Shown here one piece after another: positions 19,837 through 29,235 of a stretch of DNA of 64,000 nt (its first letter is position 1; each line of letters starts with the position of its first letter). The translations under genes were made by a program, and so were the position numbers. Origin of the DNA: Candidatus Latescibacterota bacterium (GTDB taxonomy: Bacteria > Latescibacterota > UBA2968 > UBA8231); contig OZ241867.1 of assembly GCA_965203175.1 (NCBI GenBank), positions 1,536,001-1,600,000 of the forward strand, read 5' to 3'. The notes below the pieces were generated by a model that saw only the letters and a list, made by a program, of their open reading frames with translations, was not told the origin of the DNA and ran no database searches.

Positions 19837-20088
19837 ATGAAGCAACTCGCACTCGACAACCCACTCGCTCAAGGGCTCGACCTAGCCTTCGTGGGCATGA
19901 GCATCGTCTTCACCGCCCTAGTATTGGTCAGCATTTTTATCACTGTATTGCCGAGGATCCTCGCCGCGATCCACCCCTATATTCCCCCAGCTCAACTCCA
20001 CACGCAGAGTCATAGCAGAGAAACCGACGCACCCGCCATCGCCGCGGCCATCGGCTTCGCCCTGCACGCGCGCCGCCAAAACGACTAA
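19837..20088 (+). CDS. oadG: Na+-translocating decarboxylase gamma subunit
   Basis: GMSIVFTALVL transmembrane segment, AIAAAI; precedes the beta subunit. Confidence 0.88.
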   Translation: MKQLALDNPLAQGLDLAFVGMSIVFTALVLVSIFITVLPRILAAIHPYIPPAQLHTQSHSRETDAPAIAAAIGFALHARRQND

Positions 20089-20094
20089 ACGGCC

Positions 20095-21222
20095 ATGGAA
20101 ATTCTCCTCGAATTCCTCACCACCACGGCCGTGGCCAATATGTCGGGCGGCAATCTGTTGATGATCGTTATCGGCGCGATTTTCATTTCTCTAGCCGTCC
20201 GCAAGGACTACGAGCCGCTGCTGCTGTTGCCGATTGGCTTTGGCTGCATCGTGGGCAATCTCCCGTCCATCTCCAGCATGGCCATCGGCGTGTACGACAA
20301 AGGCAGTGTGCTCTACTACATCTACTTCGGCGTCAGTCAAGGGGTCTTCCCGCCACTGATCTTTCTCGGCATCGGCGCGATGACCGATTTCTCGATCATG
20401 CTCTCCAGCCCCCGGCTGGTCCTACTCGGGGCAGCAGCGCAGACGGGCATTTTCCTGACCTTGATCGGCGCGCTTTACCTGGGCTTCACTCCGGCCGAGT
20501 CCGGGGCTATCGGCATTATCGGCGGGGCCGACGGACCAACGGCGATCTTCCTCGCGGCCAAGCTAGCTCCTCACCTGCTCGGGGCCATTGCCATTGCCGC
20601 GTACTCCTACATGGCCTTGGTACCAGTAATTCAGCCGCCGGTGATGAAACTCTTGACCACCCGCAAGGAGCGGCTGATTCGCATGAAGCCCCCGAGGGAA
20701 GTGTCGCAGCGCGAAAAGATCATCTTTCCCATCGTCGCTTTCCTCATCTGCGCGCTCCTCGCCCCGGGTGCGATCGGGCTGCTCGGCATGCTGTTCTTCG
20801 GCAATCTGCTCAAGGAAAGCGGCGTCACCGAGCGCTTGGCCCAGACCGCCCGCACCTCGATGGTCGATATCGTCACCATCCTCCTCGGGTTCTCGGTCGG
20901 TTGCTCGACCCAAGCCCAGACCTTTCTCACGCCGCAATCGGTACTCATTTTCAGCCTCGGTGCCTTGTCCTTTGCAGTCGCCACGGCCAGCGGCGTGCTC
21001 TTCGCCAAGTTTTTGAACCTCTTCACCAAAGACAAAATCAACCCCCTTGTCGGCGCTGCCGGGGTCTCGGCCGTGCCCGACTCGGCCCGCGTGGTGCAGA
21101 TGATGGGCCAGCGCGAAGACCCCAATAACTACCTGCTGATGCACGCGATGGCTCCCAATGTCGCCGGAGTCATTGGCTCGGCGGTAGGTGCCGGCGTCTT
21201 GTGGTCCGTGTTGGTGGGATAG
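20095..21222 (+). CDS. oadB: Na+-translocating decarboxylase beta subunit
   Basis: EPLLLLPIGFG, FPPLIFLGIGAMTDF, IGIIGGADGPT, AYSYMALVP, GVSAVP, HAMAPN. Confidence 0.96.
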   Translation: MEILLEFLTTTAVANMSGGNLLMIVIGAIFISLAVRKDYEPLLLLPIGFGCIVGNLPSISSMAIGVYDKGSVLYYIYFGVSQGVFPPLIFLGIGAMTDFSIMLSSPRLVLLGAAAQTGIFLTLIGALYLGFTPAESGAIGIIGGADGPTAIFLAAKLAPHLLGAIAIAAYSYMALVPVIQPPVMKLLTTRKERLIRMKPPREVSQREKIIFPIVAFLICALLAPGAIGLLGMLFFGNLLKESGVTERLAQTARTSMVDIVTILLGFSVGCSTQAQTFLTPQSVLIFSLGALSFAVATASGVLFAKFLNLFTKDKINPLVGAAGVSAVPDSARVVQMMGQREDPNNYLLMHAMAPNVAGVIGSAVGAGVLWSVLVG

Positions 21223-21239
21223 ACAACGAGGATGCGACC

Positions 21240-23048
21240 GTGAATAAGAAGAAAGTTCGCTTCATGTGTACCGCCTTCCGCGACGGTTTCCAGTCGGTCT
21301 ATGGCGCGCGCGTTTTCACGTCCGATTTTCTGCCTGCCGTCGCCGCGGCCAGGGAAGCTGGCATCGACTACTTTGAGGCCGGCGGCGGGGCCTGTTTCCA
21401 ATCGTTCTACTTCTACTGCGGCGAGGACGCCTTTGCCGCGATGGACGCCTTTCGCGCCACGGTCGGCCCGGACGCCGACCTCCAGACCTTGGCGCGGGGA
21501 GTCAACGTGGTCGGCCTCGAATCGCAGCCGAGCGATATCATTAAGCTTCACGCCGATCTCTTCAAAAAGCACGGCATCACCACCATCCGCAATTTCGACG
21601 CGCTCAACGACGTCGATAACCTCATCTACTCGGGGCAGTGCATTGTAGATGCCGGGCTCAAACACCAAGTCTGTGTCACGCTGATGGAGCTGCCTCCGGG
21701 CTGCGCCGGTGCTCACGACGCGGCCTTCTACACCAAGACCTTGCGCCAGATACTAGACGCCGGCATCCCGTACGATGCGGTCTGCTTTAAGGATGCCTCG
21801 GGCACGGCCGTGCCCTCTAAAGTCTACGAAACCATCTCCGAGGCGCGGCTCATGCTGCCCGAGGATACCTTCATCCACTTCCACACCCACGAGACAGCCG
21901 GCATTGGCGTCAGTGCCAACATGGCCGCCCTCGACGCTGGGGCCGACGCCATCGACCTGTCTATGGCTCCCTGCTCCGGCGGCACCTGCCAGCCCGACAT
22001 CATCGTCATGTGGCACGCGCTGCGCGGCTCCGACTACGACCTCGACATCGACGTCGACAAGGTCCGCGACGCCGAGGAAGTCTTCAAGGAGTGCATGGCC
22101 GACTACTTCCTGCCGCCCGAAGCAGTGGCCGTGGAGCCGATGATTCCCTGGAGCCCCATGCCCGGCGGCGCGCTGACGGCCAACACCCAGATGCTGCGCG
22201 ACAACGGCATCATGGACAAGTACCCGGACATGATCAAGGCCATGCGCGAAGTCGTCGAAAAGGGCGGATTCGGCACCTCGGTGACGCCGGTCTCGCAGTT
22301 TTACTTTCAGCAGGCTTTCAACAACGTCATGTTCGGCCCTTGGGAGCGAATCGCCGCGCCCTACGGCCAGATGGTCTTGGGCTACTTCGGCAAGACGCCG
22401 GTCGCGCCCGACCCCTCGGTCGTCGAAATCGCCGCCCAACAGCTCGGGCTAGAGCCAACGACCCAAAAGCCGCTCGAACGCAACGACGCCGATCCGAACA
22501 AGGGCGTTGAACCAGCCCGCAAACAACTACAGGAAGCCGGCCTTGAAGAGACGGACGAAAACATTTTTATCGTCGCCGCCTGTCAAGACAAGGGCCTCGC
22601 CTTCCTCAAGGGAGAAGGCGAAATCGGCGTGCGCAAAGTGGAAAAAGAGCAAGAGAAGGAGGCCCCGACCGACGGTCCGGCGCACTATGCGATCACCGTC
22701 GATGGCCGTCGCTATGCCGTGGCCATTGACGGCGATACGGCCACGGTTGATGGCCGCCGCTTCCAAGTCAGTTTGGAGCAGGAGCAATCGACAGATGCGG
22801 CGGCTCCCTCCTCACCAGCACCCAAGGCCGGCGATGGCACGCCGGTGCAAGCCCAGATGCCTGGGAAAGTAATCCGCCACCTCGTCCAAATCGGCGACCA
22901 CGTAGAGGCGGGCGACGGAATCATCGTGCTCGAAGCCATGAAGATGGAAATGCCGGTAACAGCTCCCGTCGAAGGCACGGTCGCCGATATTTTGGTCCAT
23001 GCTGGGGATCAGGTGGCCGACGGACAGGTGCTGGCGCGTATAACCTAA
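21240..23048 (+). CDS. oadA: oxaloacetate decarboxylase alpha / carboxyltransferase with biotinyl domain
   Basis: FRDGFQS, FDALND, KDASG, HFHTH, MPGG, VTPVSQ; C-terminal EAMKM; GTG start after GAGG. Confidence 0.92.
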   Translation: MNKKKVRFMCTAFRDGFQSVYGARVFTSDFLPAVAAAREAGIDYFEAGGGACFQSFYFYCGEDAFAAMDAFRATVGPDADLQTLARGVNVVGLESQPSDIIKLHADLFKKHGITTIRNFDALNDVDNLIYSGQCIVDAGLKHQVCVTLMELPPGCAGAHDAAFYTKTLRQILDAGIPYDAVCFKDASGTAVPSKVYETISEARLMLPEDTFIHFHTHETAGIGVSANMAALDAGADAIDLSMAPCSGGTCQPDIIVMWHALRGSDYDLDIDVDKVRDAEEVFKECMADYFLPPEAVAVEPMIPWSPMPGGALTANTQMLRDNGIMDKYPDMIKAMREVVEKGGFGTSVTPVSQFYFQQAFNNVMFGPWERIAAPYGQMVLGYFGKTPVAPDPSVVEIAAQQLGLEPTTQKPLERNDADPNKGVEPARKQLQEAGLEETDENIFIVAACQDKGLAFLKGEGEIGVRKVEKEQEKEAPTDGPAHYAITVDGRRYAVAIDGDTATVDGRRFQVSLEQEQSTDAAAPSSPAPKAGDGTPVQAQMPGKVIRHLVQIGDHVEAGDGIIVLEAMKMEMPVTAPVEGTVADILVHAGDQVADGQVLARIT

Positions 23049-23074
23049 TCCACATCGCCGATCCACACCTCTCG
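23026..23074 (+). repeat. direct repeat B, copy 1 (oadA 3' end plus orphan birA-like 3' end)
   Basis: 49 bp, 43/49 identical to 23587-23635. Confidence 0.9.
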
Positions 23075-23104
23075 ACAGAATGCCTCGATTCGCGCCTGCG
23101 CTGG

Positions 23105-23488
23105 CTAGGCGGCTCCTTCTCCCGTCCTTTTAAGCCGTACCGCCGGGAGTCTTTTCAGTCGCTGATTGAGCGGATCCACTTCAATGCCCACCGATTCGAG
23201 GGCCGTTACCCCCAACAGCGGCTCGGCGTCATCCGCGCCGCAGATAATCGTGCCGCCGACGATTTCGCCCATGAATTCGATATCCGCGGTCGTGATGTCG
23301 AGCTTGAGTTCGGTCCCATTAGCCAACTCATACGTCCGCTGACTTTTCGGCTCAAGACCGATGGCTTCGAGGTGCTGCCTTGGGACGAGGCAATCCGTCG
23401 CCCCAGTATCGACCAGAAATAGCCCTTCCCAAGTGCGGTGTGGCGCAGCCGGGTTGCGAATGGTTACGGTGACGTGTGTGGCTCCCAT
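23105..23488 (-). CDS. clan AA (retropepsin-like) aspartic protease, AF_0612-like
   Basis: FLVDTGAT and PLLGVTALE..G. Confidence 0.88.
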   Translation of the reverse strand: MGATHVTVTIRNPAAPHRTWEGLFLVDTGATDCLVPRQHLEAIGLEPKSQRTYELANGTELKLDITTADIEFMGEIVGGTIICGADDAEPLLGVTALESVGIEVDPLNQRLKRLPAVRLKRTGEGAA

Positions 23489-23586
23489 GTCCGTTCCTTT
23501 TTTGCAAGTTTCGTGGGCTTATCTCCACTACTCGTTAGAACTTCCAAGACGACGCCTAGCACGTCAACTGCCCCTTCTTTACATGG

Positions 23587-23635
23587 AGGTGCTGGCGCGC
23601 ATAAGCTAAGCCACATCCCCGGTCCACACCTCGCG
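23587..23635 (+). repeat. direct repeat B, copy 2 (orphan oadA-like 3' end plus birA 3' end)
   Basis: VLARIS* here versus VLARIT* in oadA; opposite strand REVWTGDVA* versus REVWIGDVD*. Confidence 0.9.
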
Positions 23636-24310
23636 CCGCGTCCCATCGTCCTCGCGCAGCAACAGTTGCCCGGCTGCGCCAAAGCCCAGCACCACGCCCG
23701 TGTACTCGCCGACTGAGACGTACTGGCCCAAGTTGGCGCAGTGCGACTCCCACGCCGCGCTCAGCGCAGCAAAACCGCCTTTTTCCCAGCGCCCAACCCA
23801 CACCTGCAAATGCGCCAGCAGCTCGGCCAATGCTCTCTCGACATCGCGCTCGGTTCCCGTCTCAATCCGCAGCGAGGTCGCGGGCTGGCCGATGGCCGCC
23901 GCCTCGTCGGCATCCATGTTGACGTTGAGGCCGATACCGAGGACGACCCCATTGCAGCGCTCGGCCAAAATGCCGCAGATCTTGCGGCCACCCACTAGCA
24001 CATCGTTGGGCCACTTGGTCTGCGCCGCCAAACCTTTTTCCTCCAAATAGGCCACCACGCCCAAAGCCGCGGCCTGCGGCAGCGACAGGAACTGCAACGG
24101 CGACGCAGCGGTCTGCAGCAACGCGGAAAAGGTCAAGTTGCGGCCAGGCCGGGTGAGCCACTGCCGCTCGTAGCGGCCCCGGCCAGCGGTCTGGGAACGA
24201 GCGGCGAGCACGAAGCCGTCGGGCAGATCCCGACCCTCGCGCAGCCACTCGACCAAGGTCGTATTGGTCGAGGGCAACTCGTCGTGCCACTGGGGTTTTT
24301 GGAATTGCAT
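23606..24310 (-). CDS. birA: biotin--protein ligase (no HTH domain)
   Basis: STN, QTAGRGR..RQW, KWPNDV...RKICGIL, GIGLNVN. Confidence 0.93.
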   Translation of the reverse strand: MQFQKPQWHDELPSTNTTLVEWLREGRDLPDGFVLAARSQTAGRGRYERQWLTRPGRNLTFSALLQTAASPLQFLSLPQAAALGVVAYLEEKGLAAQTKWPNDVLVGGRKICGILAERCNGVVLGIGLNVNMDADEAAAIGQPATSLRIETGTERDVERALAELLAHLQVWVGRWEKGGFAALSAAWESHCANLGQYVSVGEYTGVVLGFGAAGQLLLREDDGTRREVWTGDVA

Positions 24311-24446
24311 CGTTTTAGTGTTAATATAGGGACGAAGGCCAAACGCCGGGAAAGCTCGCATTTGACCATGAGATGTTCCTCTTGGTATTCTCGTACAAGT
24401 CCCCTTCGAGCCGATCCCATGGCTCTTAGCCATAGGAGATAATCCC

Positions 24447-25826
24447 ATGCCCGTATCTAGACGCCAGTTCCTCAAAAGCGCCGCAGCCGTTTCCATCGGC
24501 TTTGCTGGCCTCCATCGCCATCTCGCGTGGGGCGCTCCAGCGCCCGAAAATAGCTTTGGACCACTCGTGCCCGACCCCGGAGGCATCCTCGACTTGCCCG
24601 AGGGATTTAGCTATCGGGTTCTCGCACGCGCCGGCGAACTCATGGACGATGGCCTGCGATTGCCGGGCGCAGCCGACGGGATGGCTGCCTTCCCCGGGCC
24701 AGAGGGCCGCGTCGTTTTGGTGTGCAACCAAGAGCTGAGCCCCGGGTCGAAAGAAGCCGGAGCCTTCGGCGACGACAACGAAAATCTGGACAAACTGCCC
24801 AAAGAAGATCTGTACGACTGGGGCCAAGGCCAGATGCCATCCTTGGGCGGCACCACGAACATCGTGTACAACGCGCAAACCGGCGCAGTAGAGCGGAAAT
24901 TTCTCAGCTTGGCCGGCACGGTGCGCAACTGCGCCGGCGGGCCGACCCCTTGGCACAGCTGGATTACCTGCGAAGAGACGGCCCAGCGGGTCGAAGGGCC
25001 GATCGAAAAAGACCACGGCTACAACTTCGAGGTCCCCGCCACCGCAGAAATCGGTCGCGCCGCGCCCGTGCCGCTCAAGGCCATGGGGCGCTTCGTGCAC
25101 GAGGCCGTCGCCGTAGATCCCCGCTCGGGAATCGTCTATCAAACCGAAGATACCGGCGACAGCTTGATCTACCGCTACATCCCCGACGCACCGGGCAAAC
25201 TAATAGCCGGGCGCCTGCAAGCCTTAGCCGTAATCGACCATCCCGGCTTGGACACCCGCAACTGGGACAAAGAGCTGGTGCGCCCAGGCGAGCCGCTCGC
25301 CGTGCGCTGGGTCGATATAGAAAACGTCGAATCGCCGGACAACGACTTGCGCATTCAGGGCTTTGAGGGCAAGGGCTGCGCCCGCTTTGCCCGCGGCGAG
25401 GGCATGTGGTACGGCCGCGACGCGATTTACTTTGTCTGCACCAGCGGCGGCCGCAAAAAGAAAGGCCAAATCTTCCGCTACCATCCCAGCCCGCACGAGG
25501 GCACGGCCGATGAGAGCAAGGCACCGGGGACGCTCGAACTGTTCGTCGAGCCGAACGACGGCGACCTAGTCGACAACGCCGACAACCTCACGGTCTCGCC
25601 CTTCGGCGATTTGATCGTCTGCGAAGACGGCAGCGGGGAAAACAACCTAGTCGGCGTAACGCCCGCAGGCCAGATCTACCGCTTCGGGCACAACCGCATG
25701 AACAATTCCGAATTCGCCGGCGCGACCTTCTCGCCCGACGGCCAAGTGCTCTTCGTCAATATCCAGCATCCCGGCACCACGCTGGCCATCTACGGCCCCT
25801 GGGATCAGCGGCAGTCTGACGGCTAG
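24447..25826 (+). CDS. phoX: PhoX family alkaline phosphatase (DUF839), Tat-exported
   Basis: SRRQFLK Tat motif; NCAGGPTPW..WITCEE, GRFVHEA, RGEG, DNL, CED, EFAG. Confidence 0.88.
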   Translation: MPVSRRQFLKSAAAVSIGFAGLHRHLAWGAPAPENSFGPLVPDPGGILDLPEGFSYRVLARAGELMDDGLRLPGAADGMAAFPGPEGRVVLVCNQELSPGSKEAGAFGDDNENLDKLPKEDLYDWGQGQMPSLGGTTNIVYNAQTGAVERKFLSLAGTVRNCAGGPTPWHSWITCEETAQRVEGPIEKDHGYNFEVPATAEIGRAAPVPLKAMGRFVHEAVAVDPRSGIVYQTEDTGDSLIYRYIPDAPGKLIAGRLQALAVIDHPGLDTRNWDKELVRPGEPLAVRWVDIENVESPDNDLRIQGFEGKGCARFARGEGMWYGRDAIYFVCTSGGRKKKGQIFRYHPSPHEGTADESKAPGTLELFVEPNDGDLVDNADNLTVSPFGDLIVCEDGSGENNLVGVTPAGQIYRFGHNRMNNSEFAGATFSPDGQVLFVNIQHPGTTLAIYGPWDQRQSDG

Positions 25827-25965
25827 CTCTTCAAGTCCATAGGATTCTCTGCTGGCCGCACCCGAGTCCGGCAAGCGATACAGCGCTGTGTAGTATTCTG
25901 CACAGCGCTTTTTGCATCACGCGCTTGTCTTCTCTGAAGATTGGGCTGGTACGCCGATTGCAGGG

Positions 25966-25995
25966 GTAGGGGGCGGTTTGCAAACCGCCCCCTAC
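25966..25995. repeat. perfect 30-bp GTAG-type palindrome (REP-like)
   Basis: GTAGGGGGCGGTTTG|CAAACCGCCCCCTAC in the phoX-recQ intergenic region. Confidence 0.85.
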
Positions 25996-26047
25996 TCTTA
26001 TATTTTCTGCTCCGCAAGGTGCTATCACGCCGATCCAATCCTCTCGA

Positions 26048-27982
26048 ATGACCAAGCATAAAAACGCCCTCCTTCTCAGCGACGCCTCCTCTCTCAAGCC
26101 TCCCCCAGCCGTTCTCGACGCCGCGCTGACTCGGCTCGGCTTTGAGCGCTTCCTGCCCGGCCAACGCGAAGCCATCGAAACCCTGCTCGACATCGGTCGT
26201 CTGCTTTTGGTCGCCCCCACCGGCGGCGGCAAGAGCTTGACCTATCAGCTACCCGCAGCCCTCCTGCCGGGCACGGCCTTAGTGGTCTCGCCGCTCATTG
26301 CCCTGATGCACGATCAAGTCCAAGCGCTACAGCGGCGCGGCGTCGCCGCCACGTACCTCTCCTCCACTCTCGACGGCGATGAGTTGCGCCGCCGCATGTA
26401 CGGAGTCGCCCAAGGCCAGTACAAGCTGGTCTATGCCGCGCCCGAGCGACTGACCTTTCCTGGCTTCCGCTCTATCCTGAGCCAGATCAAGTGCTCGCTT
26501 ATTGCCGTGGACGAGGCCCACTGCATCAGCGAGTGGGGCCACGACTTTCGGCCCGAGTACTTGCAGATTGGCGAGTTGGTCCGCGAGTTGCCCGACTGTC
26601 GGGTCCTCGCCTGTACCGCCACGGCCACGCCGGTGGTGCGCGACGAAATCCTCGAACGCCTCGGGCTGCCGAGCGACACCCCACAGCTAGTGCGCGGCTT
26701 TGCCCGGCCCAACCTCTCGCTGCGAGTCGCCGAAATCAACAGCGCTGCTGAGCGCCGCCAGCGGATTGATGCGCTGCTGGCCGAAGCACTCGGTGCGCCC
26801 GACCAAAGGTTAGGTACCGCCATCGTCTATGCGCCCACCCGCAAGGGCACCGAGGAAGAAGCCGCCCGCCTCCAAGGGGATGGCTGGCAGGTAGCCGCCT
26901 ATCACGCGGGCATGGCAGGGCCAGACCGCGACGCCGTTCAGCGCGCCTTTATGCAAGACCAAATCCAGATCGTGGTGGCGACCAATGCCTTTGGCATGGG
27001 CATTGACCGCGCCGATGTGCGCGCCATCGCCCATCTGGCCCCGCCTAGCTCGATTGAAGCGTACTATCAGGAAGTAGGCCGCGCCGGGCGCGACGGCCAA
27101 GACGCCTACTGCCTGCTGCTGGTCTCCCCCGGCGACATGCCACTGCGACGCCACCTAATCGAAAGCGATGCCAACGGCCGCGCTCCCGACCAAGCGGTGG
27201 TCCAGCACAAGTGGAACCTCTTTTTGGAACTGATGCGCTGGAGTGAGGGCGGGTCCTGTCGCCACGACGCGATCCTGCGCTACTTCGGCGACGAGGAGGA
27301 AACGCTCGCGGGCTGCGGACGCTGCGACGTCTGCCGTAACCTCTCCCATGCCGAGGCGGGCGACGCCACAGAAGTCACCACCACCGTGCGCAAAGCCCTG
27401 TGCGCGGTCGCCCGCCTGCACGGACGCTACGGCATCCTCATGGCGGCTAAGCTCCTGCGCGGCACCACGGACGCTCGCCTTGCACGCGACGGCTTAGATC
27501 GGACCCCGACCTTTGGCATCCTCAAGGAACATTCTGAACGGTGGCTTTTGCAGCTTCTGCGCCGGCTGGTCACGGCCGGTTGGGTCGATTTTTCCGGCGG
27601 CGAGCGGCCGGTCGTAATCCTCACGGAGGAAGGACGCCAAGTCATTCACGCCGAGCGGCCCGCGCGCCTGCTCCTGCCGCCGAAGTCAGCCCCGCTCCCA
27701 GCAGCCCGCACTGCACGCGTCCGTCCTCCCACCCCCGACCCCGGCGGGAATTTTGACGAAAAAGCTCAAGCTCTCTTCGATGCACTGCGCCATCACCGCA
27801 TGACGCTGGCCCGCGACGAAAAGGTCCCGCCCTACGTCATCGCCAGCGACCGCACGCTCCGCGATATCGTCCTGCTGCAGCCCGCCAACCTCGAAGAACT
27901 CAAGCTGGCGCACGGCATCGGTCCGGCCAAAGCCGAAAAATACGGCGACGGCCTGCTCGCCATCGTCCAACAAGCCGCCTAA
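26048..27982 (+). CDS. recQ: ATP-dependent DNA helicase RecQ (RQC and HRDC domains)
   Basis: PTGGGKS, DEAHCISEWGHDFRP, ATNAFGMGID, YYQEVGRAGRDG, CGRCDVC, VPPYVIASD. Confidence 0.95.
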   Translation: MTKHKNALLLSDASSLKPPPAVLDAALTRLGFERFLPGQREAIETLLDIGRLLLVAPTGGGKSLTYQLPAALLPGTALVVSPLIALMHDQVQALQRRGVAATYLSSTLDGDELRRRMYGVAQGQYKLVYAAPERLTFPGFRSILSQIKCSLIAVDEAHCISEWGHDFRPEYLQIGELVRELPDCRVLACTATATPVVRDEILERLGLPSDTPQLVRGFARPNLSLRVAEINSAAERRQRIDALLAEALGAPDQRLGTAIVYAPTRKGTEEEAARLQGDGWQVAAYHAGMAGPDRDAVQRAFMQDQIQIVVATNAFGMGIDRADVRAIAHLAPPSSIEAYYQEVGRAGRDGQDAYCLLLVSPGDMPLRRHLIESDANGRAPDQAVVQHKWNLFLELMRWSEGGSCRHDAILRYFGDEEETLAGCGRCDVCRNLSHAEAGDATEVTTTVRKALCAVARLHGRYGILMAAKLLRGTTDARLARDGLDRTPTFGILKEHSERWLLQLLRRLVTAGWVDFSGGERPVVILTEEGRQVIHAERPARLLLPPKSAPLPAARTARVRPPTPDPGGNFDEKAQALFDALRHHRMTLARDEKVPPYVIASDRTLRDIVLLQPANLEELKLAHGIGPAKAEKYGDGLLAIVQQAA

Positions 27983-28005
27983 CTCACTCGTCTGGAGAAC
28001 ATTTC

Positions 28006-28977
28006 ATGGCTACAATTCGCTGGGGTATCATCGGCTGCGGCGACGTCACAGAAGTAAAGAGCGGCCCAGCTCTGTACAAGACTCGCGATTCCGAACTGGT
28101 GGCAGTCATGCGCCGCGACGCAGACAAGGCCCGCGATTATGCCGCGCGCCACGGCGTGCCCAAGTGGTACGACCAAGCCAACGCACTCATCCGCGACCCA
28201 GATGTCGATGCAGTCTATATCGCGACGCCCCCGGACACCCACGCGCACTACACGGCCCAAGTCGCCCACGCCGGCAAACCTGTTTACGTCGAAAAACCAA
28301 TGGCGCGCAACCACGGCGAGTGCTTGGCAATGATCGACGCCTGCCTCCAAGCCGGAGTGCCGCTTTTCGTCGCTTACTACCGCCGCGCCCTGCCCGCTTT
28401 CCTCAAGGTCCAGTCGCTGGTCGAGGAAGGAGCCATCGGCGCGGTGCGCTTCGCCTCCATCGCCCTTTACCAACCCGCGTCAGAAGATCCCGACGACCTG
28501 CCCTGGCGCGTCGTCCCAGAAATCTCGGGCGGCGGCTATTTCTTCGACCTAGCCTCGCATCAGCTCGACTTCCTCGACTTTCTGCTCGGCCCCATCGCCC
28601 ACGCCTCGGGCCACGCCACCAACCAAGCCGGGCTCTACCGTGCCGAAGACGCCGTTACCGCCAGCTTCGCCTTCGAATCCGGCGCACTCGGCGCAGGAGT
28701 CTGGAACTTCGCTGCGGATCAGCACTGCGACCGGATCGAAATCGTCGGCGACAAGGGCCGGATCGCCTTTTCCACCTTCGCCTTCACCCCGGTCGAATTG
28801 ACTACTAATGCCGGGACCCAAACCTTCGCCATCGACCCGCCCCAACACGTCCAGCAGCCCTTGATCGAGACGATAGTCGATGCCTTGCTGGGCCGGGGCG
28901 AATGCCCTAGTACCGGAGCAAGCGCCGCCCGCACTAGCCAAGTCATGGACCAAATCGTTCACGGCCATGCCGCCTAA
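28006..28977 (+). CDS. Gfo/Idh/MocA family oxidoreductase
   Basis: WGIIGCGDV, YIATPP, EKPM, GGGYFFDLASH. Confidence 0.92.
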   Translation: MATIRWGIIGCGDVTEVKSGPALYKTRDSELVAVMRRDADKARDYAARHGVPKWYDQANALIRDPDVDAVYIATPPDTHAHYTAQVAHAGKPVYVEKPMARNHGECLAMIDACLQAGVPLFVAYYRRALPAFLKVQSLVEEGAIGAVRFASIALYQPASEDPDDLPWRVVPEISGGGYFFDLASHQLDFLDFLLGPIAHASGHATNQAGLYRAEDAVTASFAFESGALGAGVWNFAADQHCDRIEIVGDKGRIAFSTFAFTPVELTTNAGTQTFAIDPPQHVQQPLIETIVDALLGRGECPSTGASAARTSQVMDQIVHGHAA

Positions 28978-29235
28978 ACCCCATGTCTTTGAAGCATCGA
29001 TGACTTTGCCCCTAGTCAAACGCTAGCTCACACGCATCTTTAGCAGGCGATTCGCGAACTATTGCTCCACTAACGCTGCACCTTTCGCCGCAAAATTACT
29101 CCCCTTTTCCGCCATTTTTGTCGTCTTAATCTGACAACTTTGCAAACAACGCTTGGGCAAGGGCCTAAATTTTCTTATTTATATAAACTTGCTCTCGCAC
29201 GCATTCCACCTATCGCACCTAAAAGGGGGTTCGAC

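Noticed and set aside
19837-23048. oadG-oadB-oadA order differing from enterobacterial oadGAB
   Set aside because: Gene order in these operons is known to vary, so this is not notable.
29060-29200. NtrC box or sigma54 promoter upstream of amtB
   Set aside because: The TGC...GCA spacing does not fit the NtrC consensus and there is no clear GG-N10-GC element.
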